A stretch of DNA of 60,000 bases from Lytechinus pictus (lineage: Eukaryota), in assembly GCF_037042905.1 (NCBI RefSeq), contig NC_087252.1, positions 6,946,001 to 7,006,000 on the forward strand, written 5' to 3'. A program made the position numbers and the translations under genes. The notes under the pieces were generated by a model that saw nothing but the letters and a program-made list of their open reading frames with translations, was not told the DNA's origin and searched no databases. Shown here in pieces: positions 26,325 to 41,300 of the stretch. Numbering within the stretch: the stretch's first letter is position 1; the number at the start of each line of letters is the position of its first letter.

Positions 26325-29300
26325 CTGTGAAATAAGACAAAATAGTTACAATTTTAACGTCATCAAAAATTAGATTTCAAACCAGTAATGATAACTTCAA
26401 ATTTACTTTTATAATGACGGTACTTCACGGATTAAATTTATTTAGTTATTTATTTCTTAATTTCCACAAAAACAATATATAATACATGCTTTAACGATCA
26501 ATATAATATCAACTGCATGTCAATATAGACTCCTGTTAAAAGAAAAAAAATAGACTCCTTGTAATATCAATGGTACACATAGAAATCATACAAATTATAT
26601 AATAAAAATGATAATGACAATATTAATAATAATAATAGTGGAGTTCTTAATACGCATAACACCTACAGGTCTCTATGCGCGAAGTTAGAATGTGGTTAGA
26701 ATTGTAAATTTAAAAGTTAGATATCAAATAATTATACATAACATCAAAGACTATTAAACAGGGATTGAAACTACATGTGACTAAGTTAAACATTCTGAAA
26801 GAGATGGGTTTTAAATTGTAATGGAAAAAGGGGAAAATATCATCTTTTGTTTTTATTGCATCTTGCATATATTTTCATATATATATTTTCATATATATCA
26901 TGGCATTAAAATTGAATTGTATAATGAATCATAAATAAGAATAAATGATAAAGAAAAGCGTAGTTTTGTGTAAGAGAGACAGAATTGTTTTAATCTTACG
27001 TGTGTCTTTTCTAAAATCCTTTCCATACTCTTCAGGATGTGATCAAAGTTACTCCGATTTTGGGGTTCCTTGTCCCAGCAACCAGTCATAACTGCATACC
27101 TTTGAAATAAATAAAAGATGATGTTTGTAAAAAAATATTACAAGTGTTTAAGGAAGTACATGTATATATGAAACTGTTTTAAAACGTGGAATTATTAGAG
27201 GGGTAGGCCTATTTACTACAGGCTGAACATTTTATGATTTAAACAGACAGGGTTAATTCACACTAAAAAAAAGACTGGGAATTCCTTCAAAATTATATAA
27301 TAACAAAGGTATAATATGTTAAAGTTTTGCACTATTTTTTTGGTGAAATAGTTGTACGCATGTCCACTCGAGTATACAATGAGAAAGCTGATTCTATTTT
27401 CTTTTTTTCAGTATATATGAACTAAGATTTTTTTCATATTTTGTCCGCCTAAAATGAAAAGTAAAATGATTGATAAGTGATTTAATCTGTGAGATATTTT
27501 TTGCTGTATTTTTTTGGTTAAGAAGAAGACATATTGTATGCACATAAGAATTAAAATATGAAATAATAATAATTTCATGCAATTACTTGAGAAAAAAACA
27601 AAATTGGACAAAACATAAACGGCCCACTTATTGAATATTTATGACGGCGTACATGTAGCTGTTTTCACCAAAAAAAAATCAAAATTTATTAACCTTGACA
27701 TTTGTCAAATCTTGATACAATCATCAGCATTTTGCTAAATGATTTTTACTATACTTTAAATGAAAATTATTTTCAACCCGGAATACCCCTTTAGTATAGA
27801 TCATTCAAATCATGTTTCCCTAGGATTGTGCGAAAAATCTCTATTTGGTAAGAGTGATTTTTTATCTTTGTTGTGAATTTGGAACATATACGATAAATGA
27901 ATTCACGAGAGTAAACAACAAGTGAAATTCTCTGTAGGTCATTTTACAATCCTAGTAATCCTTGACAAGCAAGTTCTAGATTTTCTTATAAAAACTTAAG
28001 TATTACACTTCTTGTGCACAGTGACGAGGGCGTGGTATCTGGTAACCATTAGCAACCTCCGTCTGAACCGAGCTGAATGTCATATTTGGGTATGGCCTTG
28101 CACCTATCAGAATGTAAAAGCAAAAATTATATTGTGAAGAATCTGAATATTGAATATCTAGAAGTTGCCCAAAATGATTATATATTATTAGAAATAGAAG
28201 TATGAACATGGTATCAAAGTTTGATTCCTTTTAATATCTCGACTCCGATAACCCCGTCCTCCATGTTTGCATATGTGCCCCCAAAAGGGGTAAATCACAC
28301 GTTTTTTGTTCCGTTCAGCTATTTTAAACAGTATATCATTCATCTGATTATCAGTCACAGGATTAACCATACCTAAGCCAAATAACTTTATTTGTAGCAA
28401 TTATCAATAACTTTTTTTAATGTTCAACATCACCCGGCGTTTTATTTATCATTAGAATATTCTATATCATTATCTTTCGAGCCGAATAAAGTTATCATGT
28501 ACAATGTTATTTCAATATTTCCGTCACTATTGTTGGTGTTGTAGTAGCAGTTGTAGTCATGGCAGTAAGATAATTGTTTTTGTTGTATTTTTCCTTTTAT
28601 CATAATCATTTACATTTTATCATCATTGTTATTTTGTGATATATGACTAAGATATTAGACATTTACACACGTAACTTCGTGCACCTCCTTTCTTACCCAG
28701 TGTCACAATTTCCCACAAGACGATACCAAAAGACCAGATGTCTCCTTTTATTGTTTGGTCACCCGTTGCCATGGTTTCTGGTGAACTCCATCTGGATGGT
28801 TTCTATATATGACGGTGTGCAGATAACAAATAATCTTGCTATAACAATAATTCAAGCGATTGGTAATTATAATATAAAGTGAACCTATAAAATGTCAAAG
28901 ATGTCTTATACTGGCCGAAACAAGCAATAATAGGCTGGTATGGTTGCAGGCTGGGGATCAAAGTCAAGGGTCACGTGAGTTAGGGTTCCAGCCTCGCTTC
29001 ATTTAGAATAATATATTTTCATTTACATTATCAAGTTATCAAATAAGAGATTAATCTCTATGACAAGCCTACACCATAAACATTCATTATTGTAAGGCAT
29101 AACGAGTCACACTTACAGCTAAGTCACCGAAGAGCGATGAAGAAAGTCCATAGTCTGATATCTTACATTGCTTTCTTTCTCCTACCAACACATTGTGAGC
29201 GCAGAGAGCCCCGTGGATGATCTGAAGAAAAGAGAAATACACTTGCAACTCTTTATAGTGTTTAGTGTATTCATATACATGTATTTTGATCTCTGTGAAA

Positions 29301-32300
29301 GTCGACAAATTTCCCGTCTTACATCTGTGTTAAAAAAAGGAGCGATAAACCCTTCCTTTTCCAATTGTATGATTAATAATACCTGTAATGTTTCAAAACA
29401 AAAATAATTTAGGTTAAAGGAGAGTAACAGAGTTGCAACCCTAATTGCGTAAACGATTTTCTACTGTATCTTGGACCGGTCAAGTTTTCAAGTCTGACTT
29501 AAAGGGTCCATTTCAGCTTAAAGGGCGATTTTTATTTAAAAACCCAACTGCCTACCTTTCTCCTCTTATACCCCTTTTTTGTTAAAGAATCTCATAAAAA
29601 ATACCTTCTTAGATGCAAGGAACTGCATCCCTTTAGCAACCTGCCAAGCCAAGTTAAGTAGGGTACCCTCCTCAATACGAACACCGTTTGGTTTGAGATT
29701 GCTGTACGTGGGTTGAGATTGCACCCCTGAAGTCTGTAGATGGGTAAGGAGTGTACCCCCTGAGATGAACTCATACAGAATACTACCTGCATGCGTGAAT
29801 ACACATCAAAAACTGTGGTGTTGATCGGTGTACATAGAGGACCACACCAGTTATTTTACACCGGTGTTAGTTTTACACCTAGAGGTGTCATTACAACACC
29901 TTTGGTAGTTACAATTACACGCTTTGTCTCGAGGGTGTAATTTTAACTCCTCGGGGTGTGGTCCTCTATTAACACCAACTGGTGTCAGTTTTAACACCGC
30001 AGTTTTTACAGTGTAATAGATTGTAATAGAAAGGAAAACTCTGTGACGTCATGTTTAATAATTGCATCTTCTTCATTGTAATTTAGGATAAGTATCCTTG
30101 CATTATCAAATGGAATGGATTGTTGTGTCTTCTCCTTTTGTTTTGGTGTAAGAACCCCCACCCCCTCCCCCTCTCTCTGTGTCTCACACACACACTCTCA
30201 ATCTCTTCTAGGGGTTTTCACTCATCAGAAGGTGCAATGTGCCATCTTTTAATTGGTAACTACCTCTCTCTTGTGTCTCGTCGAGATGCCTTGGATGAGG
30301 GAAAGCGGCCAACGAACTCTTTAGCGATTAAAACAAATATTGATATATTGTTGTTGTTTCCATAAGAGCCAATTATATTCCATATTGTCCAATTAAAAGG
30401 GCTTTACGTACCTTGTTCTTTACAATATCCTAGGCATTTGACAATATTTGGTTGATCCGATAGCTCGTAAAGTACCTTGATGGCTTGAAGAACTTGTAAT
30501 GATTTTGTCACGTGATCTAAGAGAGTGTATAGTATATAATGATATAATGGTATGACCTTTCATTTTAATATTCCCCTTCCGGAGTGTTTACCCTTGACCA
30601 ATTTCTGGACAAGCAAAGAAAATATTAAAAAATATATAAATATTACTATTATTCAAAATGGGGGCATGTTTCCCTCCCCCCCCCCCCTTCATGTTACCCT
30701 TGCCCCCCCCCCCCTCCTTCTTTGATCCTGAAACTGAATTCAAGTGAAAGGGAAGCCTGTGACATTAAAACTATTTAATTATTTACTTTGGTTTCCAATC
30801 TGCTTGTTCAGAATGACATTCTATAACGATGTGGTAAGAGCATAAATAATGAAATTAAAATTTAATTGAGGTGACAAATTAAGCATGGCCTTCAAATATG
30901 AACTTCTCTCATTGACATTAATTATTGTTAACTTTACAAGCTACAAACCATCACCTGGTATTTGCCTAATAGCAACGTCGAGATGGTTTTGTTTTGATCG
31001 AAGGTCTCCCTTCCATACCTCGCCGAAGTCACCCCGCCCAATCGAGCCAAGTCTGGTGAAGAACGTCACGTTTTCACGGGCAATGACGAAGGAGTGGGTA
31101 GAACCCAGTTTTAACGCTGTGTATGCTGTATTGTTTTAAAACATATATATATTCCACTAAGTACATTTAAAATACTGTACATGTACTTAGAACACCTAGT
31201 CCATTATGTCTGATCTTGTGATATTTCTAATAAGTGTCTTGGTCAATAATATCTTTGCAGTGAATATAAAGTAACTATGGATTTGAGATTAAGAAATAGA
31301 GGGATACTCCGAGCTGAAAATAATCATATCTAAACAAATTTACTGAGCAAAGTGCTGAAAATGTTATAAAAATATGATCGCAAATAACTAAGTTAGTGAA
31401 ATTTAAGATTTAGTCATATTTTGTGAAGACATGTATATGCACATCGTCAGATGGACCGATGATGCCATACCCCCACGTTTTGTTCTTATGTTATTACATG
31501 AAAACATAATTGTCTAAAATGTTCATGCATGTTGTAAGATATGTCTCCCTTCTGACAAAATAATTGCAGTAATGAATATCCAATACATGAAACCAGTTGT
31601 CAATTGAAATAGTCTTTATTGTAGGAGTTGAAAATTTCAATAAACATTATTGCATATAATAAAATACTAAGTTACAAGTGGGAATAACAAGATCATCAAT
31701 TAACTCACTGCATATTCATGAAGAAATGCAAACAAAAAACTGTTATAGCGATAAAATAAAAATCTTTAAAATATCATTACCTTGTTTTCCCCTTGATAAA
31801 ATTTGTAATGCTTTGTTTGATTTTCCTTTATCTATTGAAATAATATAATTTTCAACCATGGGTACCCGTTTAATAGTAGTGATATACATCATATAAAGAG
31901 TTCCCTCACACCACTAAGAATAAAGATAAGGTAAACACTTGCTGACGCTTAAAATATAATTTTCACTTATCCTTTTTATGTACCTTTGGCCTATATGCCA
32001 TAGAGACCTTATTGTGAATTATCAGGGTGATAAAGATATAATATGGATGAGGTTATTTTTTTAAAACAGAGCACCCAAATCAAAGTAGTTGTACGAATGC
32101 ATGGTGTTTAATAGAAGAAAATAATGACAACATAATACACGTTTATTTGAATAAGTAATATTTATATGGAGTTTATGGTTTAATGTTACACAGCTTATAT
32201 GCAGAATCAATAGAAAAGTTTGAAAATCTCATTCTTGAGTAATTTCTCACCTCGATTCCCACTTTGAATCATCTCATAAGCCACGTTGTCATTCATCTCC

Positions 32301-35300
32301 TGTGGTATATTTATTTCATTGCTGTAAAAAATATATAAATTGATTAGAGTTTATTTCATCTCATGAGAAATGATATTTTTGTTACATCCACTCAAAGGCA
32401 TTTCATGGTACATATATATTAGCAACAATCGCAATGAGGGAAATGTTATGAGTCAATGATTATTACCCATTATCAAAGTGTTCCTAAGAACGGGATTAGG
32501 AAAAACGTCTCAAAGAACGCCTTCATTATTTGAAGGATCTGGGTTTTTTCCCTATTGGAAATAAATCAAATACATATATGTTCACATGAATTCATCCTTT
32601 GTCATCCTATTTCCGTCAGTAAATGTGTATGTATCTCAGTAAAATTTATGCGTGAACGTTGTAATTTACTTTAATACTAACCTGTGTGTTGAGGCGAAGT
32701 GTGTGTGGTTAGAAATGTGTGTTCCGTGCTTTTCAGTGGTATAGGATGTTGTAAAGTTTGGTATAAACATTTGTGGTTATTTAGTATGGGCTGTTACAGT
32801 ATCGGGTTTGAGGGTGTGCGCGAGTGGATGAATGTGTGGTGAGTGAGAGCAAGGTTGTACGGGCGTATTCGTAAGGTGAGTTAGAAGAGTGTGTGCATGC
32901 ACGGGATGCGAGTTGTGTGTCAGAGGACGGGAGTGTTAGAGAGGGAGTGATGTGTTCAAGTGTGAGAGAGCTGTGTGTGTATGATAGGGAGCAAATGTGA
33001 AAGTGCAGGCAGTGTCTATAAAAGTGTGTGTATCTCTAATGATAAGTGTGAGTGCGTGGGTGTGTTTGAGATTATCTGAGTGGGTGTCTGTGCGTGTTTT
33101 TGTTCATGTGAGGGAGAGAAAATGGTGTGCAAAATTGGTGGGTTTGGTTTAAAGGGGAATCCAACCCAAATAAAAACTTGTTTTTATAAGGAAAAGACAA
33201 ATCAGACAAGTTGATAGGAGAAAGTTTGAACAATATTGGACAAACAACAAGAAAGTTAAGAATTTTTTAATGTTGTGAATATTGGTAATCACTATACCCA
33301 TGGACTCTTCAAATTGGCCACATATGGGATGTCATAGTGATGTAAGGCAAGGACTACTCTTCCATGTACTCCAATACATATTATGGCTAAAATGTCATTT
33401 TCCGAAAAGTTTTATTTCAAATTGATTTTTTTTTTCATGAGGACATGAAACAATATACTACCTGGGTGATATATAGATTACTGCCCCAGGGGAATGGGGA
33501 GAAAACCACAAATCCCTGATAATAAAGTACATGGCCTATGGGAAAGTTGTCCTTGCCCCTTGTCATAATTCACTTACTCAGTTGCCAATTTGAAATCTTC
33601 ATAGTATCAGTGATCTCAATTTTATAAACAGCTATAACTTTCCTATTGCTTGTCTGATTTCTTTCAAACTTCCACCATTCTGTTTAATTTATTTTTCTCC
33701 TTCCCAACACAACATTTAATGGCCAAGATTGGATTCCCCTTTAATAGAGATCTGTACATATTATAGATTCATTGTAGTCATATAAAATGTGAGCGTGGGT
33801 GTTGCCTTCTAGGGTGTGTGTGTATGTGTGTCCGAAAAAATATTTTTCCTTCTACTTACCTCTTATTATTCTTTGACTCATGGAATTCTAGTGGATAAAG
33901 ATATAAATAAACACGTTTACAATAGAGTGATGAAGAAAAAAAATGTAGCCATATGTAAACCGAGATGGCAAAATAAATTCAAGAGAGCACTCGAAGTCAA
34001 GATGCTCAAGATTTTGTATACCTTTGCTATCAACTTTCAGTTTTACCTCCCCTTGATAAAACATTAACGTATCAATGATCATTTAATATCCCACCTACTT
34101 GAATTATGGTATAGTAATTCTAACACGATCTTACTAAGCGGAAATATGCTCAGATCTAGTTAACAAACCTTCTTTAGATAAACGACAAGACACGATATGA
34201 GTAGCGGGTGGAAAATAATGTTGCTTTTATTTTCATGATCATCAGAATAAATACATTCCAACTTTGCACCTTTACAAATATTAGACGAGAAACACCATTG
34301 AAGTTGCACCTTTGAACATGTTCCTCTTTTGTTGGAGTTATACTCTTTTAAATTGGTATGACTTTAGGTAACATGTCCATTGTTTTACCTCGTCTATGTA
34401 GTCAAGTTAAACAAGGGTTAACTCATAACATCACATTACTTCTTCTTTTACATTCACATTTACTCTATGTGAATATAACTACTCAGTAATTACCTGGTTT
34501 GGTTTTTCTCCTAAGAAGAATGAACTGAATAATGTTGATGATGATAGAAGCTACTAAGAGGATGGCTAGGATAGCTATTCCAGCATATGCTCCAGAACTC
34601 AAACCAGACGGTGCACAAGGACATGGTGTAGGCTCGGGTGTAGTCTCTGGTTGGTGAGAGAGTTTTATATCAGATGTTAATATAGATTGTGGAATTTAAT
34701 TCATATGAATTAAATCGTAAACCTGTAAAATCGGATTTATCATAGATTATATTTCAACCATAATCATAGATTATACTACAAACATACTGCAAGAGGTAGA
34801 AGGTCCATGCTGCAACCCAGTTTTCGGGACGACATTCTATAATAAAACCCGTGCAGTATATCAGTCATCCATGGTCTCATTTTTAAATCTAATTATATGT
34901 CCATAATTATTTTCAAAAGGCTTCAAATTTGCCGCAAAACATATCACAAAATAGTAAAATAAATCACTGTCCTAAACTGTATTTCCTTTAAAAGACAAGA
35001 AAAAAAACGTCTGGGCCCGGATTCACAAGGAGGAATGACTAAGTTCTATAGAGCTATAATAACTTAGGGCTGAGCTAAATTATAGGGGGTTAGAATTTAT
35101 ATTTCACAAAGAAGGGTAAGGTTAACCCAATAGTTAAAATGGTAGTCTAGTCAATTTAATGTAATAATACTACAACTCATCAGTTGCGTAAGTAGTCGAC
35201 AACTGTTAGAAGGCACAACATAAGGGTAATGGGCAATTTTTTTATTTTACAAAGTTTTAAAGTCGCGAAGATGAAAGTCTATTTTTTTTAAATGTAATAT

Positions 35301-38300
35301 GATATATATACAATAATTTCATATAAATCTGCATCTCTCCCACTTGGGTTTGGCGCCACCCCCATTATTACATATACACGTATTTTATTGTATTTTACCT
35401 CATTCATTGTTCATGTTCAAACATTAAATGAATGTGTTTGTGCTGGTGATGTGGTGTACTTAAGAGGTGCCTCGGCCATTTGTCGGTATGTTTGAGGAAG
35501 AGTGTCTTTGAACTTTTTGAAGATATTCCTTTTAACGAAAAAGTATTTCACTAACTTATGGCAGGTATGATGGGTATGATAGACCTGCAGTATAATGACT
35601 TACTGAAAACATTTATGATAAATATAAATAAAATTCTAATTATAACATTAAAAATGATAATAGAGAAAGCATTAATAATTATTATTATAATACGAACAAT
35701 AGAAATAATGATCATAAATAATATTTACAATAATAATAATGATCGCAAAGATAATAACGGTACTAATAAAAATAACATTAAATGATAATAAAACTAACAA
35801 TGATCAGAATAATAATTATAATAATGACAATAGTATCATATAATGTAAATACTATTAATAATAATTGGTATTTCGTAGCACCATCAACCTATAAATATTC
35901 TTTTCGGCTGCGCAGTGTTATTTTTGTCATTATAAGATAGAAAAGGAACTTCCCGAAAAATATCCACCACCGAAAGAGGAACCTTGTAAATAACATTTTG
36001 AAAGAAATGAATTTACACTTCGTCTGGAGCCCAGGAAAACAATAGTAAACGGACTTTGGACCCTATTATATATTGAATACCAAAGCGAATTCGCATGATG
36101 TGTGCAAATAAATATCATATTGACATTGATCTTTCGATATACACTGCCATGCACAGTTTATCTATATAGAAATGTGAGATTCGGTTACGGATACAAGTTT
36201 GAACCTGAATTTGAGGCATTTTCAAGCATTAGGTTTCGTGCAGAATTGCATGTCGATTAATGTTTTCATTCTATCGTCGATAGGAGATAGTACATAACAA
36301 TATTGAAGAATGCACATGCACAGTGACTACTTCCTGATATAAACTCCTCAAAAAAAGTTTGGAAATGTGACTTTGATCGATAATCGTTCCTCGGTTTTAG
36401 TTTATATTAATGTGTAATTGATACTAATCGATAGATCATTTAATTTTCTTTAAAATTATACCCTACATGATGTGATTGTGGTTCACACGGAGGTGCAGTG
36501 CCTTGAAATGTGGGGCAAGGTCAAAATTCAAAAGTTGCAAAATTACACAATATTGAAACTCACTGTTCTTTTTATCCGTGATGATGAGTGAGTTTCTCAG
36601 CGGTTTTTTTTCATGCACCTTAACATCAACATTAATATGGAATCAAACACACCTCTGCACAAGAAAACACATAACAAACAAGCATACATGCATGGATATT
36701 TCAAAACACGACTCAAACTATGTTATCTCGCAGAACCATGCATGACTACATAAACCACAACAAAACATCAAAAATGAAGAAACAGGGGCTTGATTTGAAT
36801 GGATTTTCATCTCTATTGACACATAAAAAAGAATAATGTTCTTTAATGACCCTTCGTGACTATTTCTGCTCCTTTTGCAGCTTTTCAATTCAGACCTCAT
36901 CCAACACTTTTGAATCCTGCTATTTTCGTGATGGCATGATCATAACAAGCATGGTATCAATTTAAAGATAATTAAATGATCTTTTGAATGATATCAAATA
37001 TACACTGTGTGAAATTTGGAGAAATTAATGACCAAACTCAGATTTTCAAACTTTTTTTAGGGGTATATTTAGAAAAGTAACCCTTCTTACTATATATTAA
37101 TCACTATGGCTTTTGTACCGCACAATCTATCCGCCAAATATCTTTGCTCCAGGCTTGATGACAATCCCCTCGTTTTATTTGCTCCAGTGAGTCACTTTTT
37201 TGCCTTCACGCAAACCATATGTAGTATCAAGCTTAATATGAAATTTTAGCAAAAGGCGTAATATTTACTTGCTTTGAACATCTAAACAAAGACAGGGGAG
37301 AAGCAAGTTATTCTTAGAATAAGATGAGCATTTTGGAGGTATCACCCGCCCAACTCCTCTAAATCTAAATTTTGATATATTCCATTCTCCATCAAGGTAA
37401 TGAACCAATTTTAGACAACTAACGTCCACATATGGTGTACATTCTGATGGTAAAATTTATTTTTTTTTCACTATTTCTTAAATAAATCTTCAGCTCGTGC
37501 ACTTTGCTTTCTTATATAACATTGAGTTGGGCAGTAAATTTTGGTGCTCAATAGCCCACACTTATTAAACAAAACTAGTGCCACTATATTGGAGTCTAAA
37601 TCTTTTGGACATACTGGACCACTGTCCTTTTTACTTGTCCTAATGTAGTATTTGATCCTTCAAACCATAGTTTAAACACGACAACCATATCTCACAGGTC
37701 GATTTTTAACGAAGTATGTAAATTTTCTTAGTATTAGCAATAAATTTAGAAACCATTTTTTGAAGCCATCTTGGATTTGTGGACATACTTGACCACTGGA
37801 ATTAAAGACATGAAAGTTGAATTGTGGATTATTAGGCTTTGGCAGCCATTTTGGATTTTTACATACCAGCTGGTCTACTTGTGTTTACTCAATTATCCTT
37901 TTTTTTTTCTTTCACCCCTGTTACCCCTTTAGACCATCAAATATGCACCGAAATGTGGATGTCTAGTGTGGATAGCTTGTTCCAGCTTGCTACCTGAAAT
38001 TTCCTTTTCTTAAATCTATTTTGGCTTAACGCTCTTTTCCTATTTATTATTATTCATCACAAATATTGGAAGGTCGCAATCTATAGCTGGATACGTTATG
38101 AGGCAACATCTATTGTTTAGATTATATTCTTATTCAATTGTTTATTACATTTTGACTTTGGGGGAACTGCACAATCCCGAATATGTACATGTACCTGAAT
38201 TCGTCTTTTTGAATAGCCCCACCACTCCCACCCCTTGAATTGAATTTTTTTAAATAGATGTAATAAATAGAGACATGAATAAACTTTTTATACATTATAA

Positions 38301-41300
38301 TTTTGTATCCATTACGGGTGTAGGCGTGAAGACGTATTTAGGTGAATATTAATTTAAAAAAATATGTTTGAAAAATCAAACTGACATAGTCACCAAGAAT
38401 AAACGATAACCAAAAAACAGATGAAAGAATGATAAAAACACAAAATTGGATGAAGGAAAAGACGAGGAATAAAGGTCAACAAGCCCTTCGTTGATTTGAT
38501 CGTCTATTCCAGTTAGCGTTTCTTTCAAATGCGTTCGATCAAAAAAAACAAATATTTGAAAGTGTTACTGTTATGTCTGCTAAATTTCATCACCTAATAT
38601 CAAAATCAACAGTTTTTTCCCTGATGAGTTCATGATAAGTTAATACTTTTGTAAGATTTTCATTATATTGTGTTCATATGTGGTCTTTGTTGACCCAATA
38701 AAAAAAATATATACAAAAACAAATCTAAATAAAGTTGAAAAATATAATCCTGGTTTACATCAGTAATTACATTTGCAATGTAGTGTCTAAAACAAAGGTT
38801 ACTACACCATAATGTTTTACGTAGATTGACTGACAACGTTATCATGGTTATGATTCATAGTCGCTGGTATATCGTGCAGGATTATTTCATCTCAATCCCA
38901 AAAAAAGAATTGGTTTTTAAGTTCAGGTATATAATATCCATTGAGTAATTATTTGGAGGAGGTGAAAAAGAGGATATGACCATCTGCACGATGTAATTTG
39001 AACTGAATGATGATTCTAAGCACTGTTTGAAGACATTGACATTTGTGAGATATTTCCTATTTTTGAGCATGCGCCATTAGCGCCCAGCTGATACCGGCGC
39101 TATTTTAATACAAGAACCCATCATCATCATCAAGAACAATAACAACAAATAAAATGTTGCTTATAATTCACAATTTCGCGCAAATAATGTTATAAAAGGA
39201 TTAAAGTAGGCCTACATACCAGTTGTCGGGGGAAGATTGGTTGTCCCTGATATTGAAAACAACAAGAATGTAAAGAAAAAAGAGTTATAACTAGATTAAT
39301 GATTTTTACATGAAAAAAAGAAGTAAATCTCCATCGTCTCCCAGTGAATGTAAGATATTTGACCAGAAATTAGCACACCTCACAACCTTCCTATATGCCG
39401 CCATCGGTTATTTTTGGTCACATTTCTCACTGAGTTTGTGGAAGGTGTGACATGGTTTGTAGAAAGCCACAATTAAAATTTCCATGTTGAATTTTGAAAT
39501 GGCAATTTCTCATTTTTTATAGAAAATAAAACACCAAAAAAAAGGATAGGGTGAATTTGATTGCTCTTTCTTCGCATTGTATATACTGTAAGTGCTCACT
39601 TTAAAACAAAATGAGCCTCATGAATGCTTGCTATTGTCATCATTTTGTTAATCTCTTTTGCATTTTTTTTTTTGGGGGGGGGCGAATGGTCTATACAAAG
39701 GCAGTTTCCTCTACATACAAGACATACACATACAAATCACACTTTACTGCACAGCGTAAACCATATCTACGGGCACATACCAGCGTGCACCCTCCCCGAC
39801 AAGCCCTCACACACACGCACGTGCGCACACACGCTTACATCAAAAGCTGGTTTCTTGATATAAAAGAATAGACAGGAGGAAGGTGCTTTGGGGCTCTAAG
39901 AAAATATAAAACCTGCGGGGTCACAAGAAGAAAATCCTGTACAAGAACAAACTTATCACACGGAAAGGTTGAAATCGTGAGCTTTATAAAAGCGACAACA
40001 AAGAAAGATTTTTTAGGATAAAGATAAGAATCAGAAATAAGGAGGTATATTTCTTACTTGGTTGTTCATATGTTACAGCTGCACTAATTGATGTATTACC
40101 AAGGTAATTACCAGCCATACATGTGTACTCTGTTCCAGCTTCAGGATTTGAAACAGTGACATCTTTCACAGTATTCATTGATTCATGTATCAGGGTACCG
40201 TTAGATAATATATAGTAGTTTCTCATTATTGGACTAGGTTCATTCTGTGCAGTACATGTCACTCTAATGTTGTCTGTTCCATAGGTTACATACTCAGCAG
40301 TGACAGTAGTACCAGCAGTAGATGGAGAGGCTATAGGTTGGAAAATAAAATAAATTATAATGAAAGAATAAATAATAGAAAGCTGCCTTCTAGTTAATAT
40401 GTCATTGTATAATATTTAAAATCTAGTACCAGCTCTCACTTAAATCAGGAGAAATCCCAATACACGAACAAATAGGTTACCATATTGTTAAAAGTGGCAT
40501 CCATTCCATATAAAGTGGTTTTAGAGGAAAGGAAAAAAATCAGACGCGTAGATAGGTGAACGTTTTGAGAAATAGACGAACAATAAGAACGTTATCAGAC
40601 AAGGAAACTCCCGGTTTTCCGAGATCGACAGAATCTCGAATAACAGGGATTGATCGTCGCATGACGTCATCTTTTAGGATCTCACCGAATAGCTTTCCTG
40701 TACAAAATGAATGGGGTGTCTGACATTCCCTCACTAAAAAATTCATATAGAAAAAAGACCACGGTGGCGGTTTTTTATTTTCAAATATGTTAAAGAAAAT
40801 CAAATTTCTCGTCTATACACAAGATTAGAAAATTCGCCACCGTGGTGCTTAGATGCTATTGAAGAAAGGAGACACGTTAATGATGAAAAAATGCAAACAA
40901 AATTTATCCTAACAGTACGCTAGTCTTTGCGTTCAGCCTTTGTGCCGCGATACTCCGCTGCAACATATGATGGCCCTGAAGGGACATCGCAAATAGACCA
41001 AATCGCGAATATTCACAACGAAATTGGCGACGAAATTCACTACGTCGCCAATTTCGTCGTCAAATTGAATATTCACGACGAAATTCGCGACGAAATTCGC
41101 GACATCGTGAATTTCGTCGCGAATTATTCACGACTAAATTCACGACGTCGTGAATTTCGTCGCCAATTTCGTCGTGAATTTGTTTGCTTGCCTGGGCGGT
41201 ATGCGGGTTGAAACCAATTCGTCTGCTGCTAATTCCTCCACTCACAACAGGGTCTACATTCATTTAGTCTAATGCAATTCTGTCCATTAACTTTTCGCCT

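Noticed and set aside
35398..35584. Possible extra RTK exon between the stalk and TM exons (ctgcag acceptor)
   Set aside because: In the required phase it stops after 9 codons (GLSYPSYLP*) and the gene model is complete without it; a soluble isoform cannot be supported without RNA data
41000..41180. Repetitive ORFs (HDEIRDEI / RREFRR) at 40927..41211 and 41060..41263
   Set aside because: Translation of a 12-bp tandem repeat in a foldback arm
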